From the NCBI RefSeq assembly GCF_035285525.1, contig NZ_JAYKGW010000041.1, positions 1 through 24,434 on the forward strand: 24,434 nt of DNA, in the 5' to 3' direction. The notes beneath the pieces were generated by a model. The model had not been told where the DNA came from and searched no databases. It saw only the letters and a list, made by a program, of their open reading frames with translations. The translations under genes were made by a program, and so were the position numbers. Shown one piece after another: positions 19,033 through 24,434 of this stretch (its first letter is position 1; each line of letters begins with the position of its first letter). The stretch comes from Okeania sp. (lineage in GTDB: Bacteria; Cyanobacteriota; Cyanobacteriia; Cyanobacteriales; Microcoleaceae).

Positions 19033-19191
19033 TTTATAGAACCCCTAAGCGTATCTTTGCCAAAGTGAGGATTTAAAGACAGGAGTCAGGATTTCAAGAA
19101 ATAGAATAGAGAAAAAAGTATAAAAATACTCCCATTATGCACCATCTACCCGACTCCCCGACTTTATAGATCAGCTTAGGGGTTCTATAAA
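19033..19191. mobile_element. 159-bp MITE with perfect 18-bp terminal inverted repeats
   Basis: TTTATAGAACCCCTAAGC (19033-19050) and GCTTAGGGGTTCTATAAA (19174-19191). There is no coding capacity. Confidence 0.75.
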
Positions 19192-19503
19192 GCATAGCTT
19201 AAAAGGGGAGGCTTACCTCTTTTTTTGGTAAACAGAAAGATGAACTGAGTAATGTAATATAGGGCTGGGTGAATTAGTTTGGGTAAGTTATGAATAATAT
19301 TTAATCATTGAGCCTGAAGTTAATGAAATTAGTATAAAAATTTTTACAAGTTATTTACGATTACTATATATTTCACTTTATAATATAATTTAATTGAAAA
19401 TATAAAACCAGGTTAAAATTTGATTATTAACAATCAACAGTAAGAATCACTTAGAACTTATCAATGAGGAAGCCAATTTGATATTCGAGATTGTTTCTCG
19501 CAA

Positions 19504-19593
19504 TAGACATCTCCAAAAATAAAAAGTAAAATCAATTATTATCCATAAATTATCAATTCTTTTTCCCCATTCCCTCTTTTCTGGAGATGTCTA
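19504..19593. mobile_element. MITE, TAGACATCTCC family, copy 4 (90 bp)
   Basis: Perfect TIRs TAGACATCTCC / GGAGATGTCTA. The flanks (..CAA|TAG.. and ..CTA|ATG..) resemble those of copy 3. Confidence 0.8.
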
Positions 19594-19710
19594 ATGACAA
19601 AAAATAGGTTATTTTGTGCAAGTAATGATCGGGACTTACACAGGAGGTACTATATATAGAGTTAAAAAACTATTGCGTATGGGGTTTTAAGCACTATATC
19701 TAGGGTCTCT

Positions 19711-19757
19711 GCGCAAGTCCTGATGATGTATTAGATTTTCACTGTCAGGACTTACGC
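19711..19757. repeat. GGACTTACGCA-family hairpin repeat
   Basis: The arms are GCGCAAGTCCTGA (19711-19723) and TCAGGACTTACGC (19745-19757), matching 12/13. Related half-sites occur at about 1296-1310, 1389-1400 and 19644-19656. Confidence 0.6.
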
Positions 19758-20029
19758 AAGGCCAGGGAATTTTGTCATGGCGGGACTCGCAGCGCAAGCG
19801 AAGCGCAAGCAACAGCGTTGCGCTCCGCGATATGGAAAGCGCAGCATGACCTCAGGAAATGCAGAGCATTCCAAACCGAAAGCAATCTCAAGTGCCTAAA
19901 AATCGTTCATCATGGCTTTAGTCCTGATTGTAATTATTGCTCTGACAACGTTTGGATAATTTTCCTAAAACACCATTTAAGGCTTGATGCACTACTACTG
20001 GAATGTTTCATAATGTTGCGTTAGAAAAT

Positions 20030-20093
20030 GGGGTGATGGGGTGATGGGGTGATGGGGTGATGGGGTGATGGGGTGATGGGGTGATGGGGTGAC
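20030..20093. repeat. Octamer microsatellite (GGGGTGAT x7 plus GGGGTGAC)
   Basis: Counted directly: 64 nt, i.e. 8 units. Confidence 0.95.
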
Positions 20094-20302
20094 GAAAAAA
20101 GTTAATGCACTATTTTAGGTGAAACAGCCAATTACGGAAAGCTCCGCTTTTCATATTGCGCAGCGAAACAACGGTTGTTCTCTAAAAAGCAATAATATTT
20201 TTGACAGAAATTAAGATAGGATTGCTATAGATAAAAATTGAAAATCCTGATGATAAGGGTGTCAAAAAAGATAATAAATAAACATTATACGAAATAGGTA
20301 AA

Positions 20303-23300
20303 ATGGATATGTTAAACCAAGCAAAAAATCAACTCAACAAGAACAATATTAATGAAGAATTAGATAAACAGAATAATACTAAAACTCATAATGAAGATTC
20401 TATAGACGACTGGTTCAATAGCCTAGAAAGTAGAGATATAGATAATAATGATAACTTAATAGTAGTAGCAGAGAAAGAAAATAAAGGTCCTGAAGTAGGA
20501 GCATCAGAATTAAATAGTTTAGCAGATTTATTTGAAGGGGAAACACCAGATTTAGATTCTAGTTGGGAAGAAGAAGTGCTAGATCAAGGAGAATTAGAAT
20601 TAGATCAACAAAAAATATCTCAAATTGATACTGATGATGATGATGATATATCTGAATTCTTATTTGATATTAATGACCCTCCACAATCACCAAAATTTTC
20701 CAATAAAAATAAATGGGATGTTGTGAGTCCAAAAGGTAAAGAATTGTCGGATTTGTTTGAGAAAATCGGGAAAAATGAGCTAGATAAAAGTAGTAATTAT
20801 GAAATTAAAAATTCTAATGATTTAGCAAATATATTTGGTGACTTAGAAAATGGAGAATTATCAGAATTAGAAGATATGGATAACCCAGAGATTGACTGGC
20901 AATTAGACATGAATTTAGAAGCAAATACTTCTCAAGCTCAAATAAATCTTACTTCCCAAAATCAGGCCGAAAATTCTGAGTTAGATAAATTAGATTGGAG
21001 TGATTTATTGGCAATTGAAGATGTAGATAAAAGGATAAAAAGTGATACGAAAGCAGAAGAATCTCAGCTCAATATAAATACTACAAATGATTTAATTTCT
21101 ACAGAATCAGACTTAGAATCACTGTTTGAAGATTTAGAAGAAATTCCTGTAGAATCAGACGATTTGACATCTAGTTTGGCAGAACTATTTGAGCAACAAG
21201 ATTTAGGCTCTTCAAGCTCACAGGATTTAACAGATTTGGAGCAGTTAGACTGGCAAAATTTTACACAAAATGATGACAATGATTTGAATAGTTTATTGGA
21301 CGATAAAAGTTTAGATTTTGCTCACCTATTATCAGAAAGTAAAGTTGAAAGGAATCACAAAAATCAGGTAACTTCAGAAGCTATAGAAAACTTATGGTCT
21401 ACATTACAAGAGGCAAAAGATAACAATGAATTTCATCAAGGTGAAGCTGATATATTAGGTTTAGATGAGTTGCCAGATGTAGTAACTCAGAAAACTGATA
21501 TAGAGATAGAAAAAAGTCAAGAATTAATAGCTAATAAGCAAACAAAAATAGAAGATTATGAATTTATTGCCTTAGAAGCAATTCTCAAACCTGAAAAGTA
21601 TAACAATTACAATGTTTTTGAGCAACTAGAGAGACTATTAAATGGTAAAGAAATTCACTCTGAATTTCAAGTAAATACAGGAGTTGTAAATCAAACTCAT
21701 ACACAGCAAATATCGATCAAAAGAACGAGCAAGTCACAAGAAATAGAAAATCAAGAATCATTGAGTGAAGAAGATAAATCCTTAGAAAATTATAATATAG
21801 ATACTTCTAAATCATTAGTAGTTTCTACTACTAATGCTCCTCCTCCTCGCCGAAAATCTCGCCCTCTAGAACAAACAATAAAAGTACCTGCAAAGCAATT
21901 AGATAATCTGAGTAATTTGGTAGGTGAACTGGTAGTTAATCGTAATAGTTTAGAACAAGGTCAGGAACGAATGCGTCAGTTTCTAGATAATTTACTTCAT
22001 CAAGTAATGTTACTTAGTGATGCTGGGCAAAGAATGCATGATCTATACGAAAAAACTCTTCTAGAAAGAGCAATTTGGGATAGTCGTCATGGACATCGTT
22101 CTGTCAATACTTCTCATGTATCAAACACAGAAAATAACAGTGAAACTTCTGAAGGAAAACTCGATCCTCTCGATCTCGATCGGGCTGAAAATTTCACTCC
22201 TTTCCACTTATTAGCTCAGGAAACTATTGAATATATTGTCAGAGTACGAGAGTCTGCCTCTGATATAGAATTTTTAGTTGATGATGCGGAACAAGTAACT
22301 CGTCAATTACGACAGGTGACAACTCAATTACAAGAAGGGTTCACAAAATCAAGAATGATACCTTTCTCTCAAACAGTACAACTTTTACCTCGTTATGTGC
22401 GAGATCGTTCCATAGAGTTTGGTAAAGAGGTAGAACTACAGGTAGAAGGGACAGAAACTTTGATTGACAAAATGATTCAAGATAAGCTTTCTGACCCGAT
22501 GAAACACCTGATAAATAATGCTATAGCTCATGGAGTTGAAACATCCCAAGAACGTATCAGTGCAGGTAAATCTCCCAAGGGGCAAATCAAAATTCGTGCT
22601 TTTCACCAAGGAAACCAGACAGTGATTTCTGTAGCAGACGATGGGGCAGGAATTAATCCGGAAAAAGTGAAACATAAAGCGATCAAAAAACGTGTGATTA
22701 GTCAGAAACAAGCTCAAGAAATGTCTACGTTGGATGTTTATGACTTACTCTTTCATCCGGGTTTTAGTACGAAAGATAAGGTTGATGAGTTGTCAGGTCG
22801 TGGAGTAGGTTTAGATGTAGTGAAAACTAATTTGACTGAGATTCGAGGTACTATTACTATTGATTCTAGTATTGGGAAAGGTACAATATTTACTATTCGC
22901 TTACCACTGACTTTAAGTATCTCGAAAGCATTGTGTTGTATTAGCGATCGCTCCAGGATTGCTTTTCCTATGGATGGGGTAGAAGATATGATCAAAGTTG
23001 ATCAAGATGATGTGAAAACGGCAGAAAATGGGCAGAACTATGTAGAATGGCGTGGAGCAAAGTTGCCTTTTAGTCACTTGCGAGATTTACTGGTTTATAA
23101 TCGTAATCTCCGGAGGGGTAATGTTTATGGTGTAAATGCAGAAGAAGATATGATATCAATTGTGGTTTTGCGTTCTGCTTCCGTGGGTATATTTTTAGCG
23201 GTGCAAGTGGATCAAGTTTTAGAACAACAAGAAATCGTAATTAAACAATTAGAAGGTCCTGTACCTAAACCTATGGGTATTGCAGGTGCAACTGTTTTAG

Positions 23301-23839
23301 GGGATGGTAAAATTGTCGCGATCGCAGATGTGATTGAGTTAATTAATTTGGCAACCGGAAAACAACGGCGAGATGAAGGTAATATTTGGCCTTCTGTCAC
23401 TCAAGATACTATATCTTTGCCTACAGAAAACAAGAGTGAGTTAACAGTATTAATTGTAGATGATTCTATTACAGTCCGTGAGTTGTTATCAATGACATTT
23501 AGTAAAGCTGGTTATCGAGTTGAACAAGCAAGGGATGGTCAGGATGCTTGGGAAAAATTGCGTGCTGGTTTACCTTGCGATTTGGTATTTTGTGATATTG
23601 AAATGCCTCGGATGGATGGTTTTGAGTTATTATCTCGGGTAAAAAGTGATTCTCATTTGGAGGTATTACCTATGGCGATGTTGACATCTCGGGGTGCTGC
23701 CAAACACAGGAAAATGGCTTTTGATTTAGGCGCTAAGGGTTATTTTACTAAACCATTTATAGAAGATAAATTGTTAGAGGGTGCAGTTAGTATACTTGAA
23801 GGTAAAACGGTTGGAGATGTTGTTACGGCAGTTCATTAG
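20303..23839 (+). CDS. hmpE: Hybrid CheA-like histidine kinase (PilL type): acidic N-terminal region, dimerisation-like segment, HATPase, CheW-like domain, C-terminal receiver
   Basis: 1178 aa. It has a CheA P3-like start KVPAKQLDNLSNLVGELVVNRN (about aa 526) and RMIPFSQTVQLLPRYVRDRSIEFGKEVELQVEGTETLIDK. The N-box is DPMKHLINNAIAHGVE and the G-boxes are DDGAGIN / GRGVGLDVV. The CheW-like part is ISIVVLRS...VLGDGKIVAIADV. The REC has LIVDDS, VFCDIEMPRMDGFE and YFTKPF. An alternative ATG lies at 20309. Confidence 0.85.
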   Translation: MDMLNQAKNQLNKNNINEELDKQNNTKTHNEDSIDDWFNSLESRDIDNNDNLIVVAEKENKGPEVGASELNSLADLFEGETPDLDSSWEEEVLDQGELELDQQKISQIDTDDDDDISEFLFDINDPPQSPKFSNKNKWDVVSPKGKELSDLFEKIGKNELDKSSNYEIKNSNDLANIFGDLENGELSELEDMDNPEIDWQLDMNLEANTSQAQINLTSQNQAENSELDKLDWSDLLAIEDVDKRIKSDTKAEESQLNINTTNDLISTESDLESLFEDLEEIPVESDDLTSSLAELFEQQDLGSSSSQDLTDLEQLDWQNFTQNDDNDLNSLLDDKSLDFAHLLSESKVERNHKNQVTSEAIENLWSTLQEAKDNNEFHQGEADILGLDELPDVVTQKTDIEIEKSQELIANKQTKIEDYEFIALEAILKPEKYNNYNVFEQLERLLNGKEIHSEFQVNTGVVNQTHTQQISIKRTSKSQEIENQESLSEEDKSLENYNIDTSKSLVVSTTNAPPPRRKSRPLEQTIKVPAKQLDNLSNLVGELVVNRNSLEQGQERMRQFLDNLLHQVMLLSDAGQRMHDLYEKTLLERAIWDSRHGHRSVNTSHVSNTENNSETSEGKLDPLDLDRAENFTPFHLLAQETIEYIVRVRESASDIEFLVDDAEQVTRQLRQVTTQLQEGFTKSRMIPFSQTVQLLPRYVRDRSIEFGKEVELQVEGTETLIDKMIQDKLSDPMKHLINNAIAHGVETSQERISAGKSPKGQIKIRAFHQGNQTVISVADDGAGINPEKVKHKAIKKRVISQKQAQEMSTLDVYDLLFHPGFSTKDKVDELSGRGVGLDVVKTNLTEIRGTITIDSSIGKGTIFTIRLPLTLSISKALCCISDRSRIAFPMDGVEDMIKVDQDDVKTAENGQNYVEWRGAKLPFSHLRDLLVYNRNLRRGNVYGVNAEEDMISIVVLRSASVGIFLAVQVDQVLEQQEIVIKQLEGPVPKPMGIAGATVLGDGKIVAIADVIELINLATGKQRRDEGNIWPSVTQDTISLPTENKSELTVLIVDDSITVRELLSMTFSKAGYRVEQARDGQDAWEKLRAGLPCDLVFCDIEMPRMDGFELLSRVKSDSHLEVLPMAMLTSRGAAKHRKMAFDLGAKGYFTKPFIEDKLLEGAVSILEGKTVGDVVTAVH

Positions 23840-23980
23840 AGGGAGGAAGGAAGAAGGAGAAATAATTTGCAGCATATTCAGGGAAATAATGTAGTATGTA
23901 AATGTTAAATTTTTTGTGGTGCGGGCATCTTGCCCGCGACAGTTGTGTTTCATAGTCTGTAGGGCATATATTCCGCACGT

Positions 23981-24160
23981 CAAAATATTAAGTCGAAAGT
24001 TAAAATTCAGAATTCATGCTTTAAGAAGAAAATTATCAAAGTAAAGTACAAAATATTAAGTCAAAATTTACAATTCAGAATTCATGCTTTAAGCAGACAA
24101 TTATCAAAGTAAAGTACAAAATATTAAGTCGAAATTTAAAATTCAGAATTCATGCTTTAA
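23981..24160. repeat. 68-bp tandem repeat, 2.6 copies; the tail of the third unit resumes at 24287-24311
   Basis: Units start at 23981, 24049 and 24117 (CAAAATATTAAGTCGAAA.TTAAAATTCAGAATTCATGCTTTAAGAAGAAAATTATCAAAGTAAAGTA). The fragment TAAGAAGAAAATTATCAAAGTAAAG at 24287-24311 equals the missing tail of unit 3. Confidence 0.85.
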
Positions 24161-24286
24161 TATCATGTCCGGTTGAATACTTGTTGTATATTTGGGTCTG
24201 TGTGGTCTGTGTGGTCTGTGTGGGGAGATGGGGAGTAGAAAGTGTAGATAGAATTATGAACATATACTATATAACCGGATTCTATA
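24161..24286. mobile_element. 126-bp MITE-like insertion inside unit 3 of the 68-bp repeat, flanked by a TAA duplication
   Basis: TAA occurs at 24158-24160 and 24287-24289. The ends TATCATGTCCGGTT and AACCGGATTCTATA match 10/14 as inverted repeats. The interior carries GGTCTGTGT x3 (24195-24221) and GGGAGTA-like motifs. Confidence 0.6.
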
Positions 24287-24434
24287 TAAGAAGAAAATTA
24301 TCAAAGTAAAGGGCTTTGTTGCATGAATGTTGCGATCGCAACTTCTCTTCTGGGAAGAAGTTAATTGGTGAATTAGAATTCTACTTTGTAACTTTCTGGC
24401 TGACAATTCTGTATCATACGATTAAGTATGGCAC

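Noticed and set aside
19203-19227. GAGG-CTTA-CCTC plus T7 terminator-like motif
   Set aside because: The stem is only 4 bp, and it is part of the recurring AAAGGGGAGGCTT repeat motif (also at about 18793, and inverted at about 4845). That is too weak to call.
19818-20024. 68-aa ORF in the hmpD-hmpE spacer
   Set aside because: It starts inside the GC-rich interspersed repeat core. Repeats like this yield ORF-like frames wherever they occur, and no motif is present.
23921-23937. GC hairpin GCGGGCA-TCT-TGCCCGC about 80 nt downstream of the hmpE stop, as a possible intrinsic terminator
   Set aside because: No U-tract follows it on either strand. The sequence looks like a member of a dispersed GC-hairpin repeat, so I did not call it a terminator.
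1-24434. Search for a novel multi-gene system (defence island, toxin-antitoxin, retron, CRISPR-Cas, secretion or biosynthetic cluster)
   Set aside because: Every long ORF has a confident conventional assignment from motifs. The unassigned space consists of short repeats and MITEs without coding capacity. The only multi-gene system is the already described hmp/pil chemotaxis-like motility locus.
24312-24434. Possible partial gene at the right edge
   Set aside because: Both strands hit stop codons within a few codons in the frames I checked. Only a HIP1-containing palindrome TTGCGATCGCAA is notable.

Overview
AT-rich, repeat-laden chromosomal segment that looks like a filamentous (Nostocales-type) cyanobacterium. 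Evidence: many HIP1 octamers GCGATCGC (e.g. near 989, 1150, 5711, 6144, 7788, 8377, 14955, 18871, 22944, 23319, 24333), STRR-like heptamer repeats, and gene content. The left ~8.5 kb holds housekeeping or ordinary genes: a truncated HD-domain protein, endonuclease V, a small membrane protein, a GAF sensor histidine kinase, an M23 peptidase, FtsH and TilS. The right ~16 kb holds a complete hmp/pil-type (Tax3-like) chemotaxis-like type IV pilus motility locus. It comprises the coiled-coil gene hmpF, divergent from hmpA (PatA/PilG-type response regulator), then hmpB (CheY/PilH), hmpC (CheW/PilI), hmpD (MCP/PilJ) and hmpE (hybrid CheA/PilL-like). This system is already known, not new. What stands out is its state here. 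A 2.5 kb pile of MITEs, a tnpB remnant and microsatellites separates hmpD from hmpE. An 897 bp non-coding gap separates hmpA from hmpB. The hmpE product shows no Hpt signature that I can see by eye. Nearly every intergenic region carries members of a few dispersed repeat families, and for two of them the sequence shows insertion footprints (a filled versus empty site, and a target-site duplication). I found no tRNA, rRNA, CRISPR array or recognisable defence/toxin gene set, and no convincing previously undescribed multi-gene system. All product calls rest on motifs read by eye, and no database search was possible.
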